A stretch of 64,000 nucleotides of DNA, taken from positions 129,208,001 through 129,272,000 of the forward strand of contig OX597818.1 of the NCBI GenBank assembly GCA_951406725.2. Direction: 5' to 3'. The translations under genes and the position numbers were made by a program. Positions 24,253 to 36,620 of this stretch are shown piece after piece. Position 1 is the first letter of the stretch. The number at the start of each line of letters is the position of its first letter. Source of the DNA: Octopus vulgaris (lineage: Eukaryota). The notes beneath the pieces were generated by a model that was given only the letters and a program-made list of their open reading frames with translations, was not told the origin of the DNA and did no database searches.

Positions 24253-24327
24253 AAATGTATGTATCTTCTATTTTCTAATCATTATAAACCTTCCACTGAG
24301 CAGGAAGCCAGTTTCCAACAAAGATAT

Positions 24328-25175
24328 AAGCAAAAGGATTAAATCCAATAATACAAAAAGTAACAAAAATACTGTCACACCTTGTGTCTACTTGACAGAA
24401 AGGAAACACCTAAAAACTTGTTTACAAAGTTCTATGTACATGAATAAATTCTAAACAATAACAAAATCCAAAGTTTAATCAATAAAAATTTCTCCAAAAC
24501 ACCTCTCCATAACAATCAACCCTAAAAATCTAATTACAACTCCACTCAAACCCACACACCTGAGGAAAATGGCTTGGGTGGCAGAAACTTTGAAGCCATT
24601 GTTAATAACATTCTTGTTTAAGAATAATAAATTTATACTCTACAAAAGTATAGAGCAATCCATCAGATGTATGTATGTATGTATGTATGTATGTATGTAT
24701 GTATGTATGTATGTATGTTTTACCTTTGTTACTAGCCTTGAAAAAAATGATTGGTGGCATTTTCATTTAATATTGCATGGACTTATATAACCTTTATATA
24801 ACTTTCATAATTTCCATATGTTTAATCCAGGATGTTGATCGATGTAATAATTCCACCAGTTATCAAAATGATTGTATCAGATTAATAAATGTAATACTGC
24901 CACTTTTATTCCTTTGATCATTTTATTCCATACTCTATAATGGATGTACTGTTCTTATAATCGGTACCTTTCCTGGATTTTTAGTTTGTATAGAATGTTT
25001 TTGGACTAACCGGATGCTGTTTCCTTTCTATACTTCCTGTTAGCTGGGATTTTAAATGGACTGCTGACTGAGGTATTCACCTGGATTTCCTGCCACCCCC
25101 TTCTTTTACTATATACACATACATACATACGTACATACATACATACATACATACATACATACATACATACATACA

Positions 25176-25211
<36 letters not shown>

Positions 25212-25700
25212 TATATAATATATCATTTGTGTGTGTGCATGCATGGGTGTACCTATGTGCATGTTTGAATGTACCTATGTGTATGTGTACATACACACAC
25301 ACATACATACATACATACATACACACACAGGGATTTGTACTTTTGACCTTTTCATTGTCAAAGCAAAAAAGATTAAATCCAATAATACAAAAAGTAACAA
25401 AAATACTGTCACACCTTGTGTCTACCTGACAGAAAGGAAACACCTAAAAACTTGTTTACAAAGTTCTATGTACATGAATAAATTCTAAACAATGACAAAA
25501 TCCAAAGTTTAATCAATAAAAATTTCTCCAAAACACCTCTCCATAACAATCAACCGTAAAAATCTAAGTACAACTCCACTCAAACCCACACACCTGAGGA
25601 AAATGGCTTGGGTGACAGAAACTTTGAAGCCATTGTTAATAACATTCTTGTTTAAAAATAATAAATTTGTTCTCAACAAAAGTATAGAGCAACCCATCAG
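24328..25700. repeat. ~340-bp direct duplication (24328-24666 and 25361-25700)
   Basis: Near-identical blocks separated by (TATG)n, a ~390-bp unique segment and (CATA)n. Confidence 0.9.
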
Positions 25701-25747
25701 GTTAATATAAAATTGCTTTTATTATAATTAGACATAAAAACAAACAG

Positions 25748-25789
<42 letters not shown>

Positions 25790-25793
<4 letters not shown>

Positions 25794-26168
25794 TATAATT
25801 ATAAGCATAATTATAATTAGGGTTCAGCAAAAATTGCTTCACCACATACTGAAATTTAGAATAGCTGTTAAATACTATTCCACTACCATAAGATATCTCC
25901 CAGACAGTAATACTCTCAACTCACACAGGTAAAGAGGAAAAATAACAAATCCACCCGGCTTTGATTAACTCAGAAACGTGTATATGGTTAATCAAAGCCG
26001 GGTGGATTTGTTATTTTTTCCTCTTTACCTGTGTGAGTTGAGAGTATTACTGTCTGGGAGATATCTTATGGTAGTGAAATAGTATTTAACTGCTATTTCT
26101 AAATTTCGGTATGTGGTGAAGCAATTTTTGCTGAACCCTAATTATAATTATGCTTATAATTATAGAAT
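25790..26168. repeat. Long fold-back (~180-bp arms, 17-nt loop), Penelope-like inverted terminus
   Basis: 25790-25969 pairs with 25987-26168; loop tcaGAAACGTGTAtatg resembles an HHR 3' half; abuts (TA)n. Confidence 0.9.
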
Positions 26169-26288
26169 TTTTGTATAAGGTTACCGATAATGGTTCTTTA
26201 AATATACCGAACTACTTATTAAAATTATTAATTTTACACTTTATTATTATAATAATTATTATTATTATTATAATTATTATTATATATG

Positions 26289-26600
26289 TTAGTTAGTTAT
26301 TTAGTTAGTTAATTTTTTGGCTCAAACAGCAAAAAGCAAGGCCATGTAGAGGGACATGGAGTTATGTACAGGGTGGTGTTCATGCAAGGAGTTCAGGCCA
26401 TTTGTGGTCAAGGGAGACTTTGAACCGAGCGGTCGTCGGCATCTTCACTATCTTGTCCGGCAGCTTATTCCACGGATCCGCAACCCAGACGGAGAAAGCC
26501 CCTCTCCTTCGATTGAGATGAAATCGTCGCAGATAGAGCTTTTTGGAGTGACCCCGCAGCCGACGCTCTGGAGCAGGAGTGAAGAACAGCTCTTTCGAGG
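26289..26600 (-). mobile_element. CR1/L2-type LINE 3' end
   Basis: Minus frame FFTPAPERRLRGHSKKLYLRRFHLNRRRGAFSVWVADPWNKLPDKIVKMPTTARFKVSLD; (TAAC)n tail. Confidence 0.85.
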
Positions 26601-27031
26601 ATATATATATAATTTTGTATGTGTAGCATAACGATTTAGAAAAAAAACCATTGGTTTCATATTATTAATATATATATATATTATTTTGGTGAAGTCAGAC
26701 TCTTGCTGCTCAGCTCAAATCAGTCTCTCACCTGTGGGTGCATGGGTGCACATGCTCTTCAAGCACATAATAACTTGCCTGAGGAACCTATGCACCTACA
26801 GGTGAAACTCATAGTAGCAAGAGACTGACTTGATCAAAATTAAATATCATTTTTGTCTACAATGATATTGAGCACTCTTTTTTTCTGGCAGTCAACACTA
26901 AACAGATATATGTGTGCGTGTGCGTGTATGTGTATGTATATGTATGTATACTTTGTGTATATAAATGTTGATATTCAATGCTTGTTACAGCTGGAACAAA
27001 ACAATGATGATGTAGACATTATGGCTGATTA

Positions 27032-27443
27032 ACCTATTTCTTTACTACCCACAAGGTGCTAAACACAGAGGAGACAAACAAGGACAGACAAACGGATTAA
27101 GTTGATTACATCGACGCCAGTGCGTAACTGGTACTTATTTAATCGACCCCGAAAGGATGAAAGGCAAAGTCGACCTTGGCGGAATTTGAACTCAGAACGT
27201 AACGGCAGACGATATACCTATTTCTTTACTACCCACAAGGGGCTAAGCACAGAGAGGACAAACAAGGACAGACAAAGGGATTAAATCGATTAGATCGACG
27301 CCAGTGCGTAACTGGTACTTAATTTATCGACCCCGAAAGGATGAAAGGCAAAGTCGACCTTGGCGGAATTTGAACTCAGAACGTAATGGCAGACGAAATA
27401 CGGCTATGTATTTTGCCCGGCGTGCTAACGATTCTGCCAGCTA
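27032..27443 (-). mobile_element. Family B SINE dimer
   Basis: Two units; 18-bp TSD attatggctgattaacct (27018-27035, 27444-27461). Confidence 0.9.
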
Positions 27444-27847
27444 ATTATGGCTGATTAACCTGTGCTTTCAAAGACTTCCGGAATAAAAATATTCCTTATT
27501 CAGAAAACAAACAATGACTGATAACAGAAAGAGCATTCATCTGTAAAGTCCTGCCTGAAATAACTCCTCATTTAACCCATGATAAGATGGGAAACAAATG
27601 AACATCCAATGAACAAACGAACCAATGAAAATATGTGTGTGCATGTGTTTGAGTGTGTGCCCAACAAGGATCCTACAGTTTCCATCTAGCACTCCGATTC
27701 ATGCTATTGTAGAAAATACCTGTCACAGTGCCATGCAAGGTAGCTGGAACAAACAAATGTGGTTGTGTGTGAAATCTATTCAGATTCCATCATTGCTAAC
27801 TTTACCTGTCATTTTTCTGAGGTTTATCAAGTAAGTAACAGTCATAT

Positions 27848-28255
27848 ACTCTTTACTCTTTTACTTGTTTCAGTCATTTGACTGTGGTCATGCTGGAGCA
27901 CTGCCTTTAGTCGAGCAAATCGACCCCGGGACTTATTCTTTGTAAGCCCAGTACTTATTCTATTGGTCTCTTTTTGCCGAACCGCTAAGTGACGGGGATG
28001 TAAACACACCCCCATCGGTTGTCAAGCAATGCTAGGGGGACAAACACAGACACACAAACACACACATACATATATATATATACATATATACGATAGGCTT
28101 CTTTCAGTTTCCGTCTACCAAAACCACTCACAAGGCATTGGTCGGCCCGGGGCTATAGCAGAAGACACTTGCCCAAGATGTCACGCAGTGGGACTGAACC
28201 CGGAACCATGTGGTTGGTTAGCAAGCTACTTACCACACAGCCACTCCTGCGCCTA
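27848..28255 (-). mobile_element. Family A SINE, full length
   Basis: Matches the other family A copies. Confidence 0.9.
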
Positions 28256-29034
28256 TAATAGGGTCTAGTAAATTTCTTACATTACCCTCCTGTGTTTCAT
28301 TTTTTAACCCTGTGTCGGCTCTTGATTAAGCATATCTATGATAAAAAAACATTCCAACCATGTCCTATCCAGTTTTTTTCTTATGTACATGAAACTTAGG
28401 ACCCTTGCCTGTTTTCCAAGTAAGGAATATTTTTTTTAACTCCAGAAGGCATAGGAGTGGCTGTGTGGTAAATAGCTTGCTTACGAACCACATGGTTCCG
28501 GGTTCAGTCCCACTGCATGACACCTTGGGCAAGTGTCTTCTACCATAGCCTTGGGCTGACCAAAGCCTTGTGTCAGGCAAAATGCTTAGCAGTATCTTGG
28601 TTGTCACTACATTCTGATTTCAAATTCTGCCGAGGCTGACTTGGCTTTCATCCTTTTGGGGTCGATAAATTAAGTACCAGTGAAACATGGGAGGCAACAT
28701 AATTAACTTAATCCCTCCCCCAAATTTCAGGCCTTGTGCCAATAGTAGAAAAGATTATTGTTATTACCATCAGAGTGTTGCATTATTTTATTTAGAATTC
28801 TTTATTTTTCATTTTTGTGCAGTTATTGGAGGTTAATTAAATTAACTTGACTCCTTCCAAATTTATCAACTTGTACCAAAAATAGAAATAATTATGATAA
28901 TTATTATTATTACCACTGCCTTCATGTTGCTGAAAACTAAGTCTTTGAATTTCTTTGTGCCACAACCCAGGCAATACCATCTATTAATTTCCCTCCTAGG
29001 TCTTCTACTAACTGCTGTTATTCCATCCTTCATT

Positions 29035-29456
29035 ACTCTTTTTACTCTTTTACTCTTTTACTTGTTTCAGTCATTTGACTGCGGCCATGCTGGAGCACCG
29101 CCTTTAATCGAGCAACTCGACCCCGGGACTTATTCTTTTTGTAAGTCCAGTACTTATTTTATCGTTCTCTTTTGCCGAACCGCTAAGTAACGGGGACATA
29201 AACACACCAGCATCGGTTGTCAAGCAATGCTAGGGGGACAAACACAGACACACAAACACATACACGCATATATATATATATATACATATATACGACGGGC
29301 TTCTTTCAGTTTCCGTCTACCAAATCCACTCACAAGGCTTTGGTCGGCCTGAAGCTATAGTAGAAGACACTTGCCCAAGGTGCCATGCAGTGGGACTGAA
29401 CCCGGAACCATGTGGTTGGTAAACAAGCTACTTACCACACAGCCACTCCTGCGCCT
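29035..29456 (-). mobile_element. Family A SINE, full length
   Basis: Matches the other family A copies. Confidence 0.9.
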
Positions 29457-29734
29457 ATTGGGTAAAATTTATTTTCTAAAATTTTTATTTTCATGAAAAA
29501 AAAAATTTTGTTTTTAAATTTGAGAATGGGGCAAAAAAAAAAAAAAAAATGAAAGAGAGACAAAGATATTGCAAGTGAGATATGTCAACCTTCTCTATCA
29601 TCTGCAAAGAGCTTACTTCTAATGATACACAGTAAAAGGAATGCATCAAAGGCCTCAACGTTGCTTGTTAGCCTCTAGTGAGAATTGGTATTTAACAGCA
29701 ATCTAAACAATTAGGGACACGGACATCTTCAAAC

Positions 29735-29789
<55 letters not shown>

Positions 29790-29793
<4 letters not shown>

Positions 29794-30228
29794 GTAATAA
29801 TGATAATAATGATAATAATGATAATAGTAATACTTTTAAAATATCACAGTAATAATTGTTATATATATATATAATTTTGGTATTGTGCTATAATAATAAT
29901 AATAATAATAATAGTAATAATGATAATAATGATAATAGTAATACTTTTAAAATATCACAGTAATAATTGTTATATATATATAAAATTTTGGTATTGTGCT
30001 ATAATAATAATAATAATAATAATAGTAATAATGATAATAATGATAATAGTAATACTTTTAAAATATCACAGTAATAATTGTTATATATATATAAAATGTT
30101 GGTATTGTGGTATAATAATAATAATAATAATAATAGTAATAATGATAATAATGATAATAGTAATACTTTTAAAATATCACAGTAATAATTGTTATATATA
30201 TATAAAATTTTGGTATTGTGCTATAATT
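29790..30228. repeat. 111-bp AT-rich minisatellite, 4 copies
   Basis: tacttttaaaatatcacag at 29831, 29942, 30053 and 30164; unit grows out of (AAT)n. Confidence 0.95.
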
Positions 30229-30336
30229 TTCATTTTTTTTTAAACACTTCACATAAACCTTTAAAATTAAAAACTGAAAAATTAACCAATATTTAAGAAA
30301 GTTTTTATTTTATTTTTTTATCGTCTTCTTTAATTG

Positions 30337-30376
<40 letters not shown>

Positions 30377-30698
30377 TTTTTGTTTTTAGTTAATGAAACA
30401 CATGGAAATTATATCAATTTCATTGGGGCTCTTTAAGATCAAATGAATTGCTTAATAGCTTTAAGTGGATGTTCTGGCCTTTGTTAGTTTTGTGTGTATG
30501 TGTTTGAGAATGTGTGTGCAAATGTGGATTGTATATTTTATGACTGTTTTGTTATGTCTGTCTCTTTTACATATGTATATGCATACACAAACACACACAT
30601 ACACACACATATACATACATAACACATACACATATAGATAGTTATTTGTATAGAATGCATGAATATATACAAATATATATAAATATACATATATACAT

Positions 30699-30751
<53 letters not shown>

Positions 30752-31166
30752 TGCACACATACACATGTACACGCAATCATGTGTAAGCGCAAACACAAAG
30801 GCATACAAGAACACAAGCATATTGCAAAGATAAATTCAACTAAATCACCAACCAACCAACCAACACAGTCACTACCACAATACCATTACTATGACCATCA
30901 TTACCAACATGACCACCACCACCACCACCACCACCACCACCACCACCACCACCACCACTATCATCATCATCATCATCATCACAACCACTAATGTTGCTGC
31001 TTCTACCTCCACCCCACCGCCGCCACCACCACCACCACCACCACCACCATGACCGCTACCACCACCAAATCAACAACTATAATGACCACAGTCATATAAT
31101 ACATTTACTGGTTATGAGCTTAGTGATACTTGTATCAAGTAGTTTATATCTTCAGCCAAGCTCCAC

Positions 31167-31209
<43 letters not shown>

Positions 31210-32067
31210 CTTATATGTATATGTGTATATATATATATATAACCTTATATGTATATATATATATATATATAAAACCTTATATGTATATGTGTATATATAT
31301 ATATGATATTTTTCACCCCCCAAAGCACACATTTGTTATTTGATAGGTTTCTTCCTTCTATTGTTTTGGTTTTTGTCATTAAGCTTTTTTTCTAGCGTCA
31401 AACTAATTTTCCAGCTACCATAAAATACAAGCATCGCAACAAATGAAAAACAAAAAAAGAAACAAGAACAAAAGTTATTGCTTCAACATATAAACATGGC
31501 CCATCACCATGAGTGTTTGTTGTTTTTTTAAAATTTTTTTGTAAATTTTTCAAAAATATAAATACAAAAAAATTTTAAATAACAAATGCTAAAATAGAAA
31601 AAAAAAAAAACAGAAAAATGAAAAATGGCAAAATGTAAATGTTTCTTTATGACTTTCGCTGTTAATTGACAGGTTTTTGTGGTGATGTGTTTTCTTGCTT
31701 TATGTTGTTGTTATTATTATTATTATTTTTGTTGTAGTTGTTGCTGTAAATTGTTTTTGTTATTAAGAGTGCATAATAATAAGAGCAGAATTGGTAGAGT
31801 GATTGACAAAATATTTTGTGGTATTTAGTTATGTCCATTTATGTTCTGAGTTCAAAACTTGTTTTGGGTTGACTATGCTTTTTCACCTCTCCAGGTGTGG
31901 TAAAAATAAAGTACCAGTCAGGTTTTGGGGATGGTTTAATTGGCTAATACCACCCACCTGCCATCCAATTTCAGGTCAAGTTCCTATGTTACAAACAGCT
32001 GTCCTGTGCCTATGTTAAAAACAGTTTCTATTTTTGCAATTGTTATTTTATATTATTAAAGTGCAGC

Positions 32068-32440
32068 CAAAGCAGTGAGCTGGCAGAAATGCTTAGTAGT
32101 ATTTCGCTCGTCACTCTGTTCTGAGTTCAAATTTTGCCTTTCACCCTTTCGAGGTTGACAAATTAAGTACCAGTGAAACACTGGTGATCAATGTAATTGA
32201 CTAGTCCTGTCGCCCCAAATTTCAGGCCTTGTACCTATAGTAGAATGGATTATTAAAGTGCAACCAAGGCAGTGAGCTGGCAGAATCGTTAGCACACTGG
32301 ATGAAATGCTTAGTAGGTATTTCGCCTGTCACTACATTCTGAGTTCAAATTTTACCGAGGTCGACTTTTACCTTTCATCCTTTTGGGGTTGATAAATTAA
32401 GTACCAGTGAAACACTGGGGTTGATGTAACTGACTAGCCC
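32068..32440 (+). mobile_element. Two adjacent family B-related SINEs (alternative-tail subfamily); further degraded copies at ~35500-37150 and ~61290-61520
   Basis: gagctggcagaa head and core, with tail ccccaaatttcaggccttgt.cctatagtagaa. Confidence 0.75.
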
Positions 32441-32544
32441 CTCACCTGCCGCTGCTGCCACCGCCCTCACCACCAGCACCACCACCACCAATAGCATTAT
32501 TCTTCCTACTTCAATTTCGATTCTCCTGATTTCAATTCATTTGT

Positions 32545-33250
32545 TGTAGCACTCTTACCACTTCACAAAGGCCTTATGGAATTCCTCTGAAGGGAAGGTG
32601 TTTCAGGGCCCTTGCCATGGCCTTCCTTCATCTTCATCTTCTCATTCAGCATGGAGAATAACCAAAAGTCACAGAGAGCAAAATCTGAACTATATGGAAC
32701 GGTGAAGGGCAGTTTTCATGCCTATCTCTCTCAAGTGATTGGTTACTAAGATGGAATTGTGGACCGATGCATTGTCCTAGTGCAGGTACTCTGTCCTTTT
32801 GCAACAAAATCTCTTCCTAAACACCCTCAAAACCTCCACAAAGTACTTGTTGTTAACTGTCTGGACAGAGAGAACCCACTGGATGTAGATGATGCCCTTG
32901 CCAGAGAGAAAGATCTGAACTGTAATGTAAGGGACAGCTCTGATGCCCATCTCTCACTAGCTGATTACCAGGGTGATGACTGGTGCATTGTCTTGGAGCA
33001 GGTACTCTTGTCTTTTATGATGAAATCTCTTCTTGAACTCCTTCGAGACCTCCACAAAGTATTCTTTGTTGACTGTCTGGCCAGGGAGAGAACACACTAG
33101 ATATAAATGATGCCCTTACTGGTAAAAAGGAAGGGGATCATCACAAGCTTCCTGGTGAACTTGCTTTGCCCAGCCTCTGTGTCAATGAAAAACAGATGCT
33201 TGGCTTATGCAAATTAATCCATAATCTGTGTGGGGCACTTCATAAGTCTC
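32545..33250 (-). pseudogene. Mariner transposase catalytic-domain relic with an internal duplication
   Basis: Minus pieces GKGIIYIQWV..QTVNNKYFVEVL..LH*DNASVH..PYSSDFALCDFWLF (YSPDLAP.D-type motif); ~32700-32900 is repeated at ~32930-33120. Confidence 0.85.
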
Positions 33251-33254
33251 TGCA

Positions 33255-33465
33255 TAAGTCTCCGAGCAGCCGAGAAGAAGCGGAATCGGCAGCCCAAAGA
33301 TGATGTCCTCTGGTGGCGAGCAGGGGCTCGACCAGTCGGTGGCCGTTCATATATGCACGTGCCTCCGACGGGGGAGAGGAAAAAAAACAATGTGCGAAGA
33401 AGCGTTCGCGGAGCAAAAACGGTTTGCAATCCGACTGCCACACACCGGGCCACTGCGGACGGGGT
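33255..33465. other. Unexplained GC/CpG-rich island inside the mariner relic
   Basis: About 20 CpGs in ~210 bp by manual count, almost no TpA, several stable hairpins, no match to other repeats in the window. Confidence 0.7.
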
Positions 33466-33680
33466 CCAGTTTATCACAAAACTTTATTGAATAGCATTTT
33501 CTCCTCATTTTTTCATGTCCTGACTTCATTCTGCAAACTAGTCAGCTGTGACAAGCAGTGTTTGGTAACATGTGTTCAAAGTTCAGTTATAGCCGCCTCC
33601 TCCAATCTGGAGTAACAAAAGTTGGCAGGTTAGCTTATCAGATGTATAGGAATAATATACAAAAATTGCAACAACCCATG
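33466..33680 (-). mobile_element. 5' portion of the same mariner relic
   Basis: Minus KCYSIKFCDKL resembles the mariner N-terminal ..AIKFC.KLG; same orientation as 32545-33250. Confidence 0.55.
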
Positions 33681-34158
33681 GCAGTTATAACTGCCTTTCC
33701 TACAAAAGACTCAAGACTTCTGAAATGCACCTTGTATATTCTGAGTTCAAATCCTGTTGGGGGTTAACAATTCTTTCATTCTTTTAGAGAAGATAGTATG
33801 GAGCAACAGTTTAGTACTGAAGTTAATTTAATCCCTGTGTACCAATGTTACAAATTGCAGCTTAAATTATATGAAGGTAGAAAGGGACAAAATCACTAGC
33901 ATGGTGAATGAAATGATTGGTTACATCTTTTTACATCCTGGTTTCAAATACTGTTGAAGTTTGACTTAATCTTAAATTTTCATGGGGTTGATTAAGTGAG
34001 TATTTCAAAGGTGGACCCTGTTTGTCAATTTATTTGAGGTTGATTAAAAGTGTAGAGACTGTATTTAGTTACAGCTCATTACATTGTAAGTTCAAGTCTT
34101 GACAAGGTTGACTTTGCCTTTCATCTCTTCATAATTAATAAAAAAGATACCAGTAAAA

Positions 34159-34196
<38 letters not shown>

Positions 34197-34217
34197 ATTA
34201 TCATTATTATTATTATT

Positions 34218-34540
34218 TAGGTAGGGGTCTCTGAAAGGGGTCTCAAGGAGTTGCATCCTTGCCTTCCTGAGCTAGTTTTCCCCACATTTCTTAAAAACCA
34301 TGTCAGAGGCCTTGGTCTCAGGACCACTCATTTCTAGAAACTGAGGATGGGGGTAAGCAAGGGCATGCTCCCCGTAGAAAATCAAGCTCCAAAAAAGCCC
34401 CATGATAGCAAAGGAGAATGGGTACCAGCCGGCCCAAAGGTTGGGCTGGGCTGCACCTGCCTACCTCGGTTGCTATGGCATTGAGGTAGATTCGGCCACC
34501 CCTGGTAACAGGGACAAAATCTAGATTTAAAACACTGGAT
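34218..34540 (+). mobile_element. Retroelement 3' fragment embedded in (TTA)n
   Basis: GC-richer block with taagcaagggcatgctccccgtagaaa (RTE-UTR-like), bounded by TTA repeats. Confidence 0.5.
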
Positions 34541-34551
34541 TATTATTATTA

Positions 34552-34589
<38 letters not shown>

Positions 34590-34592
<3 letters not shown>

Positions 34593-35062
34593 GAGTGAGA
34601 GAGCAGCGCATGCCATCAAAGTGACACTGGGTAAAATATACGAAGCCCAGTATACCCATCATGACTACCCGTCTGATAAGGGTACACCAAATACATGCAT
34701 CACAACCATATGTGCACAACATAGTGATCTCATATGAAGATAAACAGCGCATGATCTAGCAGGTGGGGCCCAATTAGAATTTTCTTCAGGTCGAGTAGCC
34801 CATCCCACTCAAAAGGTCCCTGAATAAGGATGTTGAATGAAACACCCATGTTTCCAAAGGTGAACTATCCAAACCTTCATGAATCCCTTTCAACACACAG
34901 CTATGATGCTTCCCCACTACTTCTGCTTGTGATCAGAGATGCACATATCGTCAGCCACTAAGGGACATGCTCAACTGGTTAAGGTCAGACAACTGACAAG
35001 CAAATCTGTGGTATTGAGCAGAATATTTGCTGTGGCCCATCTTTTATACCAAGACAAAACAA
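34590..35062 (-). mobile_element. Family D repeat (probable LINE 3' UTR with (TAA)n tail)
   Basis: Aligns end to end with 58622-59096; both start from (TTA)n. Confidence 0.8.
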
Positions 35063-35107
<45 letters not shown>

Positions 35108-35109
<2 letters not shown>

Positions 35110-35427
35110 TATGTTTGACTTTTGCTTTACATTTGCACAAGCTGGCTCCAAGTCTCAGCCAGAGACCTCAAGAGACGACAAGTTGGAAGTTCATGTTGGT
35201 GTTATGCCTAGGGTGCCATATATTTGGTTTTGTATTTAGTGTTGTACTAGTGAATGCCTAAAATAAACCATACAAAAATTATGTTTGTTTTAAAACTTGA
35301 GATTACATAGAAAGTATTTTGCGTAGGATATGAGCAGTTCCCATGAGCACTATCTTTTGAATTTCTGCCATTTTGTGGTTTTCTGGTATCTGAGTTAGGT
35401 AGCAATCAGCCCCTTTTGCTATCATTC
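35108..35427 (-). mobile_element. Dong/R4-clade LINE 3' end
   Basis: Minus 35425-35303 MIAKGADCYLTQIPENHKMAEIQKIVLMGTAHILRKILSM*; UTR then (TAA)n. Confidence 0.8.
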
Positions 35428-35681
35428 ATTTGCTATTATTATTATTATTGTCATCATTATCATTGTTATTATTATTATTATTATCATTATCACTTTTAAG
35501 GTGATGAGCTGGCAGAATCATTAGAATGCCAAGCAAAATGTATGGTGGTATTTCTTCTGACTCCAAGTTCTGTCAAGATCAGCTTAGCTTTTCATCCTTT
35601 CAGACTTGATAAAATAAGTTCTAGTCGAGCACTAGGTCAAAATTTCAGGCCTTGTGCCTATAGTAGAAATTACTGTTATTA

Positions 35682-35722
<41 letters not shown>

Positions 35723-35728
<6 letters not shown>

Positions 35729-36085
35729 TCCACCTTAGTGAAGACAGAGGTATTGTTTCCAGTCATGTTTGTTTGTCTGTGGACAAGATATCTCAAGAAC
35801 TGCTGGATGAATTTGGATGAAACTTTCAGGGATGTTTGGCCTCATGACTGGCACAGACTGATTTGATTTTGGGATCAATCAGGTACCAGACAAGGATTCT
35901 GGATTATTTTTCCTGTTTTTTTTATACTTAATTTTTGAGAGTGGTCGGGTTCATATTTAGTATTCTCATTTGTGAGAGCAGTCGAGTTTATTTCAGATAT
36001 TCTCATTTTAAAAATCATCTCTGGCTAATCATTGAGAGGACGTTGGTGTTGCCTTGGCAGATGTTTGCACCCTCTGAGTGTTCTT
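35723..36085 (+). mobile_element. Non-autonomous Helentron/DINE-1-type element
   Basis: 5' attacctcc..gaggt hairpin, gtttgtttgtctgt microsatellite, gaatttggatgaaacttt core, 3' ccttggcagatgt sub-TIR and gcaccctctgagtgt stem-loop. Confidence 0.7.
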
Positions 36086-36586
36086 CATCCTCTTATTATT
36101 ATCAAGGCAGCAAGCTGGCAGAATTGTCAGTATGCCGGGTGTAAAGCTTAGCGGTATTTCATCCATCACTATGTTCTGAGTTCAAATTCCACCAAGTCTG
36201 ACTCTGCCTTTCATCCTTTTGAGGTTGATAAATTAAGAACCAGTCAAATACTGGGGTGGATGTAACTGACCACTCCCCATCTCCAAAGTTACTGCCCTTG
36301 TGGCAAAATTTGAAGCCATTATTATTATTATTATTATTATTATTTATTCATAGTAGAAACTATTATTGTTATTATTATTTTTATTATTATCATTTTTAAG
36401 ATGGTGAGCTGACAGAATCATTATCACATAGGACAAAATGTTAGCAACTTTTCTTCCAACTGTTTACATTCTGAGGTAATTGGTTCGTTCTCACCCCAGA
36501 AATTGTTGGCCTTGTGCTAATATTTGAAATTTGAAATCCTCCTCCTCCTCCTCCTCCTCCTCCTCCTCCTCACCACCACCACCACA

Positions 36587-36620
<34 letters not shown>

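Noticed and set aside
24555-24605. CTGAGGA...GAAAC in the 340-bp duplication as a hammerhead
   Set aside because: Helix I does not pair, there is no NUH site, and aatggctt/aagccatt forms a competing hairpin
29920-30243. 107-aa repeat ORF
   Set aside because: Product of the 111-bp (37-codon) AT-rich minisatellite
33385-33455. C2H2 zinc-finger-like (CEEAF...HTG) or cobalamin-riboswitch-like (gccactg) reading of the GC island
   Set aside because: Cys/His ligand spacing is wrong, and the conserved riboswitch GGGAA elements are missing
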